Assembly: GCF_018977255.1 (NCBI RefSeq)
Contig: NW_024704743.1
Coordinates: 24,430,001 to 24,494,000 of the forward strand
Direction of reading: 5' to 3'
From: Callorhinchus milii
Lineage: Eukaryota
Length of the DNA stretch: 64,000 nucleotides
The position numbers and the translations under genes are program-made. Below are positions 23,401 through 32,221 of this stretch, piece by piece (positions within the stretch are counted from its first letter, which is position 1; each line of letters opens with the position of its first letter). The notes under the pieces are model-generated. The model did not search any database. It was not told the origin of the DNA and saw only the letters and a list, made by a program, of their open reading frames with translations.

Positions 23401-26400
23401 TAATACACACATGCATAGAATACAAAAGGAAACCAATAAAAGCTAAGTTTGCATAAATCATTGATTTGGCAGCGATTGGAGTTTTGCATCCAGTTTGGGG
23501 CACCTCACTTCAGGAAAGTGAGACCTTAGAGGGAGTTGATGAGAATCATTCCAGGCATGAAAGGCTTCAGTTATGAAGAGAGATTGGAGAGGCTGGGTCC
23601 ATTTTCATTGGAGCAGAGAAAGTTGAAGGGGGACCTGATAGAGGTGTAATAATAATAATCCTTGCATTTGATATAGCGCTTTTCACGTCGGGAGGACGTC
23701 CCAAAGCGCTTCACAGAACACACTGTAAAGTGAATTGACTGTATATCTGTGGGTGAACGCGGCAGCCAATTGCGCACAGCAATGTCCCACAAACAGTCGT
23801 AGATTGAAAATGACCAATTTATTATTGTTTTTTTTGGAGGGATTATTATTAGGCTCTGTGTGGAGTAAGGAAACTTGCCCAAGGTTTCGCCCTGCCTGGA
23901 ATTGAACTCAGGTCTCTCGCTTGCAAAGCGAGTGCTCTAACCATGAGCTACAGGACACCATAATGTACAACATTATGAGGGGTTTTATTAGGATAACAGG
24001 GAGAAATTATTTCCATTGATAGGGGAGTCAGTAACTAGAGAACGTAGTTATAAGATAGCCACAAGAATAGTGAATGGAAAACTTAGAAGAAATGTTTTCA
24101 CTTGAGAGTTGTTGGGATGTGGAATGTCCTGCTGAGTAGGGGGATGGAAGTCAGATTCCATTGTAGTTTTCTAGAATGAAGTGAACAGGCATATGAAAGA
24201 GACAGGTTTGAAATAACTTCTTTCTAGAAATAACTTCTCCCTGTAACCTATGGGTATAAGGCGAGGCAATGGTGAGAGTGAAGTGATCTCACTTGTGCCA
24301 GCCTGGTCAGTGGTAGCACTTTCTCTTTTGAGTCAGAAGGTTATGGGTTCAGACAACACTAAATTACACCTGTATGGCGCCCTTCACGTCGGAAAGACAT
24401 CGCAGGGTGCTGGACAATCAGGATTTGTTGGACCCGAGTTGTGGTCAGGAGGGGTGGAGAGTGGCCGAAGGCACGGCTGAAGAGGTAAGTCTTTAGACGG
24501 GACTTGAAGGAAGCAAGAGAGGGGGTGAGGCAGAGGGATTGAGGGATAGAGTTCCAGATTGTGGGGGCAGAAATGCAGAATGCCCGACCACCAGTGGTGT
24601 GGTGGGAAGTGCAGGGGACCTGAAGCAGGCCAAGTGGAGAGAGCGGACAAGCTGATATGGGGTTAGGAGTCCTGTAGAGCACTTGCCTGGCAAGCGAGAG
24701 ACCTGCGTTCAATTCCTAGCAGGGTGAAACCTCGGGCAAGTTTCCTTACACTCCACACACCCGATTTTAAAAAAAATTGTTCACTTTAATCCACGACTGT
24801 TTGTGGGACACTGCTGTGTGCAATTGGCTGCTGCGTTTCGCCCACAAAATATACAGTCAATTCACTTTACAGTCTATTCTGTGAAGCGCTTTGAGACATC
24901 TAGAAGACGTGAAAAGTGCTATATCTAATAGGACTATTATTATTGTTATTAGGAGGTTGGAGAGGTAGGGAAGCAACCCCGCACCGGAACTTGAAATCAA
25001 ATAGTCTAAGCTGACACTCCAATGCAAAGCTGGGGCTATGTTGATTTGTCAGAGCTGTTGTCCTTTGAATGAGATGTTAAACTGAGGTCCTGTCTGCCTG
25101 TTCAGGTGGATGTTCAAGATCCTATGGTACTATTCGAAAAGAGAAGGGAGTTTTTCCGGTGTCCTAGCAAACAAATCTCCCTAATAAAATTGGTCATTCA
25201 CTCATCCCACTGTTTGTGGGATGTAGGTTTGAGCTGGTGTTACAATCGTGTTAATTACCACCAAGATTAGATAGGAAATTTATTTTAATTTTTAGCATTG
25301 GTAATTTTATCAACCAGACTAGACCATGTTCCTCTAGGTTGTGGAGAAGGTTCTGTTTACTCATATATAATAATAATAATCCTTGCATTTGATATAGCGC
25401 TTTTCACGTCTGGAGGACGTCCCAAAGCGCTTCACAGAATATACTGTAAAGTGAATTGACTGTATATTTGTGGGCGAAACGCGGCAGCCAATTGCGCACA
25501 GCAATGTCCCACAAACAGTCGTAGATTGAAAATGACCAATTTATTATTGTTTTTGGTTTTGGAGGGATTATTAGTAGGCTCTGTGTGGAGTAAGGAAACT
25601 TGCCCAAGGTTTCGCCCTCTGCCTGGAATTGAACTCAGGTCTCTCGCTTGCAAAGCGAGTGCTCTAACCACTGAGCTACAGGACTCCACCATATTCATAT
25701 TCTGCACCTATACAACTAACTGGTGAAGGTGCTATCTAACAGGTTAATTACATACTTTGTAGACTTAGTTGTCTAGGAGCATAGTTATGTTTCCATAATG
25801 CTACGGTTATTATAGAGGGAAACACAGGTTCTAAGTTCAGGCAAAAGCTGAACAAACTACCATATACTGACAAAACCCTGGAGATTGTGGATTTCTCTAG
25901 ATCCAAAAGTAGTATCCTTCAGAATTACCTGCGAGACAGTTTTAGAAGTGTGACAATTTTTTCTTCAGAATCAAATAATTTTGAATTCCAATGTCTAGCC
26001 TTACTATCTTTTGAAGACTAGTGTTACGTAAGCCTTACATCAAATGGATGAAAAGGAGCCATTTATGGTCTGATTATAGTGTACATTCTAAACACTTTAA
26101 TGCTGAACATTGTTTCAATAATTACAGACTTTGTAATTAACAGACAAAAACTAATGGTGCAAGAAATAACTACGGCTGCCTTTTGAGTAGGAATATTATT
26201 TAAAAATGTGATTGACTGAGGTAACCATTTTTAAATTCTCTTTATTCAAAGACAAATATAATTTTCTTTTGTTTAAACAGAAATCGTGCAAAGAGACTGG
26301 GTGCCATCCTGACGGTTGTTAATACTGTGCCAGACGTGAATTTCAACTCAATGCTAGAAATACTGAATCATCAGTCTAAATTTTTAGAACCAACCAAACA

Positions 26401-28668
26401 CCCGCCCCTTTGGTGAGTTTTCTTATAATGTATAATATAAATTGCTAATTGACACTTCTTTTGTCCTACTGAAAATAATTATTTTTTCCAGATTCTCAAA
26501 AATTAGAAACTTGTGGATATTTCAACTTTCTTGTTATCTCAAGTTATGAGACTAATTGATTGTGCATGCTGAACCTGAAACTCGTACATATTTGTGGTCT
26601 GTTATTAGACATGTTTGTAGTGAAACTGTGTGGAACTTACTTCAAGGGTTTTGGGGCTCAACTATTGGGAGAGATGAAGATGTGTATTTTTACCTCAAAA
26701 GATAAAAATGTGGTGTCAGGCTGGCTCAGTTAGTAGAATTCTTACCTCTTCATCTTAATTTTGTGGATTCAAGTTGTACATCAACATTTGATCTTGGACC
26801 GCCGATGCTGGACCGGGCGGGGCAGGGGATGTGGAACAGGCCAGAGCGTAGGGAGCGGATAGATTGATATAGGGTCAGAGGGTGACAGAGTTAGGGAAGG
26901 GCAAGGCTGTGGAGGGCCTTGAAGGCGAGGATGAGGATTTTGAACTTTATCTGCTGGGGGTTGGAGAGCCAGTGGAGCCGGGCGAGTATGGGGAGATGGA
27001 GTCACAGAGCCTAGTGCGGGAGAGGACACAAGCTGCAGAGTTCTGGATGATCTGCAGCTTGTGGAGAAGAGAGTCAAGAAAGCCGACAAGTTGGAATAGT
27101 CGAGCCGAGATGTCATGACTGCGTGGATAAGGGTTTCAGATGCCTGAGGGATGAGGAGTGGCAGAGCTGGGCAATGTTGCGGAGATGGGGGAAAACAGAG
27201 CTGGACATGGCACGGATGTGGGATAGAAAGGACAATTGAGGGTCAAACAAGATGCCAAGGTTCTGGATTCACTAGGTGAATGGGTTCCAGGCATGTTTAG
27301 TAGAATTTCAGGTATATTGATAAAATAAACAGTACTTCTTCCGGAAATAAATCTAAGGTAGTTTAAAAGGCAAATGCTTCAGAAATGCTATGCCACAATG
27401 ATTCAGCAAATGTGTAGCGCTGATTATTTGAAACAATTACATCAAGTCCCTGGTAACTCCAAGGAGAAAACAAAACTCAGTGTGTAGCCTTCTCCAGCAC
27501 AAAGTACTTCCTTCCAGGCTCATTGAATCCAAGCAATCTACCCAAACAGATGTTGCCTTGGTACTTAACTTATTAACGGAGTAAATGTAGATATCTTGAC
27601 AGAGCAGCATCACTTTTGCAATATTCACCAGTGGATGCTGGTGTCAGCCATCAGGTTATCCATCCATGAACTTGCTCAATACCTGCAATAGAAGCTGATA
27701 GCATTCCCATTCTCAGGCAATAACTTCTGCACTTCCATTATTGAAAACTTCCTGAACGGTTGCATTTCTCAATACACAAATAAATGTGTTACAAATTGTT
27801 TCATGGAGAAAAGTACCCAACTTGCAACATATTGACATCTTCACAAGGCACACTTCAATAATTCAATATTCCGCCAATATTTTTAAATATATATACTCAT
27901 TTTTATTTACATAACACAAATTAATAAGATAACCCTCTTACATAACTTGCTAAAATGTACCAAGTACAACTAACCCGTAATCCATTTCATTCTTATTTAT
28001 TTGGCTACAGTTAGTTTATCAATTTAAGTTTCTAAGTGTTTTTAAAAGGGCTACCTTGATAAGGAATGTATTAGAATTCCTGTTGACCCACTGTTTGCTC
28101 TACAAATAGTTCAAATCAATATTGTGATCTCTTGATTTAACGTGACATACTTATTAAGGAATCTGATTAAGGAATACTGCAGGTTTACCTCCCCACACAG
28201 AGCAGAAAGTCATAGGTTCGAATACTTGTTTGTGCAGAGTTGGTTGAGCAGAAGTAGAGCACTGCTCTATTTGGCCTCAACGTTTTTGCATGAAGAAAGG
28301 GTTCTTCCTGATTGCTATGCAGAGACCCCTGCTGCTGGGTGTGGGTATGTGCACCTTGGCCGCAGCAAAAAAAACATTCGCTGGTAAAGCTCACGCATGA
28401 ATAATGATAATTTATCATCTGTGGAGCATACCTCAAGAGAAGGAAAAAGAAATAAAGTGACTGTAGGAAAGGTGGAATAGAGGGAAGAACATAGGTGGGG
28501 GGAAAACAAAAAAAGTGTTATTTTTGATTAAACATGCATTATGCTGTGCTGTGCGCAATTGGCTGCCGCGTTCGCCCACAAATATACAGTCAATTCACTT
28601 TACAGTGTGTTCTGTGAAGCGCTTTGGGACGTCCTCCCGACGTGAAAAGCGCTATATCAAATGCAAGG

Positions 28669-28703
<35 letters not shown>

Positions 28704-31700
28704 GTCTATAGTTGTTTAGGATCAATATTAGAGTAATAAAAACACATAAATTCTGAGACGTTTCAGTGCCCTTGTGTATAACCTGAAAGCATACAAAACA
28801 ATCTGGCTCAGGAATATAACTGTTTGTCTACATCTGCTGGTAGGCATTGCTTTTACAGCTTTTAGTTTTGTAAAAAAAAGATATTTGACAATAGTTTGCT
28901 GAAAAAACATTAGGTTTGAAGTGAATCTAATCTATTATTATGTGCCTCTGCAGGTTTAATATACTAAAATTGGAATGTTTAGTAGCTGATGACCCAACTG
29001 AAGAAATCACAAACCAGTTGAAGAAAATTAGATTTTTCCGAAACTTTACTTCACAGGCTTTACCTTCTTCTGAGGTAAAATTTGGGGAAACATAATTGCA
29101 ACCATGTGTTTTTGCAGAAATTATTTATTTCATATAATGCAAGAGTCGACACTCCTCCAGATAAAACGTCATGGTTGTTTGTGGGACATTGCTGTGGCAC
29201 AAATTGGCTGCTGCATTTGCCTACAAAATACACAGTCACTACACTTTACACTATATCCTGTGAAGTGCTTTGAGACTTGTTATATGTGCTGCCAGCAAAT
29301 GAGCTTGGTGACTGAATGTATTGCAGGCACCAATAAAAAAAACTGGCACATGTCTGAAAAAATTACACATTTACAAAAAAGGGCAGAGCATATTTGGCAA
29401 TATTTTTCAAATACTTTGTGTGATTAAGCATTTTGAAAAGTGCATGGAAATATTTATTGTAATAATAATGGCAAATACAAAGCTGGAATAACTGATACAG
29501 ACTACATTAAGTATTGTGGCACAATAGCTCAGAAAGCAAATTTCTTTCTCCAACAATACTATTGTTCCTTTCATTTTTTTTCTTAACTCTGCACCATGCT
29601 GGGAAATACAGGATTAATTAAGCTCTTGTTGCCAACATACAGTAAATATATAACAAAGCACGCTTTTTAAGATTACAATAAAATTCAGTGATGTGCCATT
29701 TTTCATTAACAAATAATTACTTGCTTTGAGACATAACAAAAGATCTTTGTCCTCTTGATGAACAGATTTTCTTTGACTGTGTATGTTTACCGGATTGTGA
29801 TACATCATACAGTGCCATTCGCAAAATAATCTTGGAGGTTCTTCGTATACATATCACTGGCATACGTGGATATTTCCCTTTTGTCTGGAATTAAGTGTAC
29901 TGGAGAGATGCATCTTCCTTGTGTAATTCTAGAAAATAAGTAAACCCTGGATAACTCGTCATTCCAAAGGAAAAGGGCCCAGTGATGTATTATCCGATCT
30001 GACAAGTTAGACATGGAGCCTCACCTTATGTTCCTTGGCCCTCGGCGCTGCTCTCTCGCTCACTCAGCCGGCACCCACTGGCCGCAGACACAGCATCCGA
30101 ACATGCTCACCAAACCTCCACCGAGCACTCACACCCACAGGTTAGGGTGAATGGACACAGCGCACCCCTCCAATAGACCAAAGGCCTCTGCGATGCTTCT
30201 CCGCCAAGTGCCCACGTCAGCATCACAGGATAGGGTGCAAGGCTTCTCCGATCCAGTACTCTAGTTGCAGTCAAAGCACCAAACAGCTTGAGAACATCAT
30301 CTGGGGATCTAAACTAGACTGACTTAGTAATATAGCCCAGCAACCTGTTTGCCTTATTTATTAATAATAATCCCTCCAAAACAAAACAATAATAAATTGG
30401 TCATTTTCAATCTACGACTGTTTGTGGGACACTGCTGTGTGCAATTGGCTGCCGCGTTCGCCCACAAATATGCAGTCAATTCACTTTACAGTATATTCTG
30501 TGAAGCGCTTTGGGACGCCTAGAAGACGTGAAAAGTGCTATATCAAATGCCAGGATTATTATTATTATGTTTCACACTGTTTTAACACAGTGAGTTATGA
30601 CTAACATCATTAGATCTGTTTCATCCATGCTTTTGTCACCTGCCTCGATTTCTCCAATGCACTCTTTGCCGGTCTCCCCAGTTCCACCATTCACAAAATC
30701 AAATTGATTCAAAATTCTGCTGCCCGTATTCTCACCCATACCAAACTCCGCACCCCTTCACCCAGGCTCCACTGATTCCCTGTTGCAGAACGGATCAGTT
30801 TCAAGATCCTCACACTCACCTATAAATTATTTCACACCTCCCTATCTCTCAAACTTGCTCACACATCGATCCTCTACCTATCCCCTTCGCTTAGTCATTG
30901 GTAAGCACTCTGAAGTTAAGCATGAAGGGCATTACATAAATGCTAATACTCCCCTCTGAGTCAGAAGGTCATAGGTTCAGGCATCAAAACTCCTGCACTA
31001 AACAGGTATTTTTCCCACTGATTTCACTGAAAAGCAGTAAAGTGATGTGGTTTAATCAAATGGGCATGAAAATGTAATTAAATGCAATGTTTGAAAAAAT
31101 AGATTTGGGAACATTTTCAGATCAACACATAATAATTTTTATGCATTAAAAACATTTGGAAACTCTTAACTCTCATACTCTCATGGCTCGACTATGCCAA
31201 TGCCTGCTTGTCCCTTCCCAATTCTTTCCTCCACAAGCTGCAGATCATCCAGAACTCTGCACCTCGTGTCCTCTTCTCGCACCAGGCTCCATGACCCTAT
31301 CACCACCACCCTCACCCGGCTCTACTGGCTCTCCAACCCCCAGTTCGAAATACTCATCCTATACAAATGTAATCTTCTTCTTGTTGAATCCTTTCAGTAC
31401 AATGGTTTCATTTCAATTATATTTTTCTGAAATAAAGTGTAGGTTTTAGTCATTTGTGAAAGAACTGGGAAATCATTCTCATATTCAGTATATTGGGAGT
31501 CCTGTAGGTCAGTGGTTAGAGCACTCGCCTCGCAAACGAGAGACCTGGGTTCGATTCCCAGCAGGGCGAAATGTTGGGCAAGTTTCCTTACTCCACACAC
31601 CTGTGTTTACCTAGCAGTAAGTAGGAACCTGATTGTTAGTCGATTAGTTTGCTTTTCCAGGAGTAATAATTCCTTCATAAAAAAATATTCACTAAATTCA

Positions 31701-32083
31701 CGACTGTTTGTGGGACACTGCTGTGCACAATTTGCTACCGCATTTCACCCACAAAATATACATTCAATACACTTTACAGTATATTCTGTGAAGCGCTTTG
31801 AGATGTCTCGAAGATGTGATAAGGTGCTACATCAAATACAAGGATGATTATATTGTATGCAACTTATATATTTTCTTGCATTGGATTTAAATAATTTTCT
31901 TTGAATTCATTCTTTCAGGAAAGGTTGTGTCTCTTGGTGGTTTCACTTTCAGCAGATCAGCTTCTCACCCTTGCTGTTCAGGATGCTCTTCTCTTTATCA
32001 TGGAAAATATTTTCAAGTGCTCTACAAAACACCTGATTCAGTGGTACCAGTATAAGCAAATACCCTTTACACTTATTTATTGA
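5341..32083 (+). CDS. Spliced gene, CCDC60-like (DUF4698-like) coiled-coil protein; 14 exons, 467 aa, 5' start exon unresolved
   Basis: Exons 5341-5409, 6762-6899, 8604-8679, 10089-10212, 11712-11817, 14708-14799, 17824-17942, 19313-19340, 19749-19852, 20503-20527, 22195-22299, 26281-26412, 28954-29074 and 31919-32083 all have AG/GT ends. Phases chain 0-0-0-1-2-0-2-1-2-1-2-2-2-0 into 1404 nt with one terminal [30 protein letters not shown] and the C-terminal W..L..L.KI..F...LL...[13 protein letters not shown]......IQW resemble CCDC60 segments as recalled. Gene structure is firm; family name is moderate. Confidence 0.85.
5935..6200 (-). mobile_element. L2 fragment joined to SINE 3' part
   Basis: [15 protein letters not shown] matches the L2 at 50.8 kb; SINE tail at 6067-6200. 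Confidence 0.7.
6762..6899 (+). CDS. CCDC60-like exon ([10 protein letters not shown]...HCLQEV)
   Basis: tttctaag acceptor, GTG|gtaaga donor, 46 codons. Confidence 0.8.
7255..7940 (+). mobile_element. Degenerate CR1 LINE 3' fragment
   Basis: Collinear with CR1 13290-14215 (ttggttaagccacagttggagtact...). Confidence 0.6.
8604..8679 (+). CDS. CCDC60-like exon (DHIFSASRK...SKVNS)
   Basis: ttttacag acceptor, CTG|gtaaat donor, phase 0-1; alternative donor after 8669. Confidence 0.75.
8903..9042 (-). mobile_element. SINE 3' part
   Basis: (TAA)n plus ccttgcatttgatatag...gcagccaattgcgcacagc. Confidence 0.8.
9443..9910 (+). mobile_element. Old SacSINE1/DeuSINE-like element
   Basis: tRNA-like head (ggctcaatcggtagcattcttgcctctgaatcagaatgttgtgggttcaatccc), Deu-like body and shared tail. 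Confidence 0.65.
10089..10212 (+). CDS. CCDC60-like exon ([10 protein letters not shown]...EDEDTI)
   Basis: tttttaatag acceptor, AA|gtatga donor, phase 1-2. Confidence 0.85.
10370..10548 (+). mobile_element. SINE 3' part
   Basis: ctgtttgtgggacattgctg...aaatgcaagga. Confidence 0.75.
11214..11580 (+). repeat. Unclassified dispersed repeat with (TG/TC) microsatellite; inverted copy at ~21275-21633
   Basis: gggccaatagaaaagtgtggctgcaatttttctgcagaatccgccataaacacccc matches the reverse complement of 21575-21633. Confidence 0.75.
11712..11817 (+). CDS. CCDC60-like exon ([10 protein letters not shown]...DLKRS)
   Basis: tttcacaaag acceptor, TCT|gtaagt donor, phase 2-0. Confidence 0.85.
12030..12575 (+). 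repeat. Unclassified ~550-bp repeat family X
   Basis: Homologous to 41930-42170 plus 43590-43920, with partial copies at 10250-10300, 49470-49650 and 20040-20290 (inverted). Confidence 0.75.
13290..14215 (+). mobile_element. CR1 LINE 3' fragment (RT C-terminus and 3'UTR)
   Basis: [13 protein letters not shown] motif, [16 protein letters not shown]1-type gggccgaatggcctccttctgt...attctgtgattct tail. Confidence 0.9.
14708..14799 (+). CDS. CCDC60-like exon ([10 protein letters not shown]...LQKE)
   Basis: tttcaattag acceptor, AG|gtaaga donor, phase 0-2. Confidence 0.85.
14990..15400 (-). mobile_element. Old SacSINE1/DeuSINE-like element
   Basis: Reverse-complement match to the 9443-9910 family. 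Confidence 0.65.
15772..17060 (+). mobile_element. Nested cluster of four SINEs
   Basis: Old Deu-type SINE interrupted by a long tRNA-SINE (16052-16965), which is interrupted by 16176-16495 (+) and 16553-16757 (-). Confidence 0.8.
16176..16495 (+). mobile_element. Young full-length tRNA(Ala-like)-headed SINE with L2-type tail
   Basis: A box TAGCTCAGTGG, TTGCA loop, B box GAGTTCAATTCC, (TTA)n tail; near-identical to 25368-25687 and 45940-46255. Confidence 0.9.
17824..17942 (+). CDS. CCDC60-like exon ([10 protein letters not shown]...RPPSS)
   Basis: tactttag acceptor, CAG|gtactt donor, phase 2-1. Confidence 0.85.
18575..18985 (-). mobile_element. Old SacSINE1/DeuSINE-like element
   Basis: aatagtgccatgggatctttaatgtccatc...gacacctccaacaatgcagcac shared with 14990-15400. 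Confidence 0.65.
19313..19340 (+). CDS. CCDC60-like micro-exon, 28 nt (CDLSTKVF)
   Basis: ttttcttccctttaaattacag acceptor, GG|gtaaga donor, phase 1-2, needed to keep frame. Confidence 0.8.
19749..19852 (+). CDS. CCDC60-like exon ([10 protein letters not shown]...IEAKK)
   Basis: ttttttacag acceptor, A|gtaaga donor, phase 2-1. Confidence 0.85.
20503..20527 (+). CDS. CCDC60-like micro-exon, 25 nt (EEERFQQ)
   Basis: gtttccag acceptor, AA|gtgagt donor, phase 1-2, needed to keep frame. Confidence 0.8.
21275..21633 (-). repeat. Second copy of the 11214-11580 repeat
   Basis: Reverse-complement similarity including ccccgctgttgag and the (CA/GA) tract. Confidence 0.75.
22195..22299 (+). CDS. CCDC60-like exon ([10 protein letters not shown]...AMKR)
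   Basis: ttctctttag acceptor, GA|gtaagt donor, phase 2-2. Confidence 0.85.
22441..23402 (-). mobile_element. Cluster of L2 3'-end fragments inserted in CR1 remnants
   Basis: (CAA)n tails at ~22441, ~22828 and ~23137, each followed by tttcacgtcgggaggacgtccc-like sequence. Confidence 0.75.
23647..23957 (-). mobile_element. Young SINE inserted in a CR1 fragment (~23400-24210, +)
   Basis: Full head and tail; splits CR1 gatagaggtgta|caacattatgagg. Confidence 0.9.
24295..25225 (+). mobile_element. Old Deu-type SINE interrupted by an L2 fragment (~24355-24660, -) and a tRNA-SINE (~24665-24950, +)
   Basis: Head at 24295-24352, body resumes at ~24970; [11 protein letters not shown]2 motif. Confidence 0.7.
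25368..25687 (-). mobile_element. Young full-length tRNA-headed SINE
   Basis: Near-identical to 16176-16495. Confidence 0.9.
26281..26412 (+). CDS. CCDC60-like exon ([10 protein letters not shown]...KHPPL)
   Basis: tttaaacag acceptor, TG|gtgagt donor, phase 2-2. Confidence 0.85.
26790..27270 (-). mobile_element. L2 LINE ORF2 C-terminal fragment
   Basis: TSRLDYSN motif; homologous to 50.5-50.9 kb. Confidence 0.8.
28543..28701 (+). mobile_element. Young SINE 3' half with long (TTA)n tail
   Basis: Matches the consensus tail of the young subfamily. Confidence 0.9.
28954..29074 (+). CDS. CCDC60-like exon ([10 protein letters not shown]...LPSSE)
   Basis: cctctgcag acceptor, GAG|gtaaaa donor, phase 2-0. 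Confidence 0.85.
30360..30568 (+). mobile_element. SINE 3' part; L2 fragments follow at ~30615-30950 and ~31175-31360
   Basis: SINE tail, then attcaaaattctgctgcccgtattctc (IQNSAARIL) L2 motif. Confidence 0.75.
31497..31850 (+). mobile_element. tRNA-headed SINE, older long subfamily
   Basis: Head, gtttacctagcagtaagtaggaacc insert and tail. Confidence 0.85.
31919..32083 (+). CDS. CCDC60-like terminal exon ([10 protein letters not shown]...PFTLIY*)
   Basis: ttctttcag acceptor, phase 0, TGA stop; matches ORF-track 31901-32083. Confidence 0.85.
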   Translation, partial: ERLCLLVVSLSADQLLTLAVQDALLFIMENIFKCSTKHLIQWYQYKQIPFTLIY

Positions 32084-32215
32084 ATGCAGAAAAAGTGCAT
32101 AAGTATTGCCGAGAATACAATATATATGTAAAAGTACACTCTTTAGTGTGCGATTTAACAATGTGCTTAAGGAGAATTTTCCTTTCGTATGTTTCCATAA
32201 TAATCCATAATCGAA

Positions 32216-32221
32216 AATAAA
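32216..32221 (+). terminator. Polyadenylation signal AATAAA of the + strand gene
   Basis: Canonical AATAAA about 130 nt after the stop codon. Confidence 0.5.

Noticed and set aside
29614..30250. Antisense ORFs ([12 protein letters not shown]..., 69 aa) next to a CpG-containing patch
   Set aside because: No recognisable motif; faint resemblance of NLQDYFANG to transposase C-termini is too weak to call.
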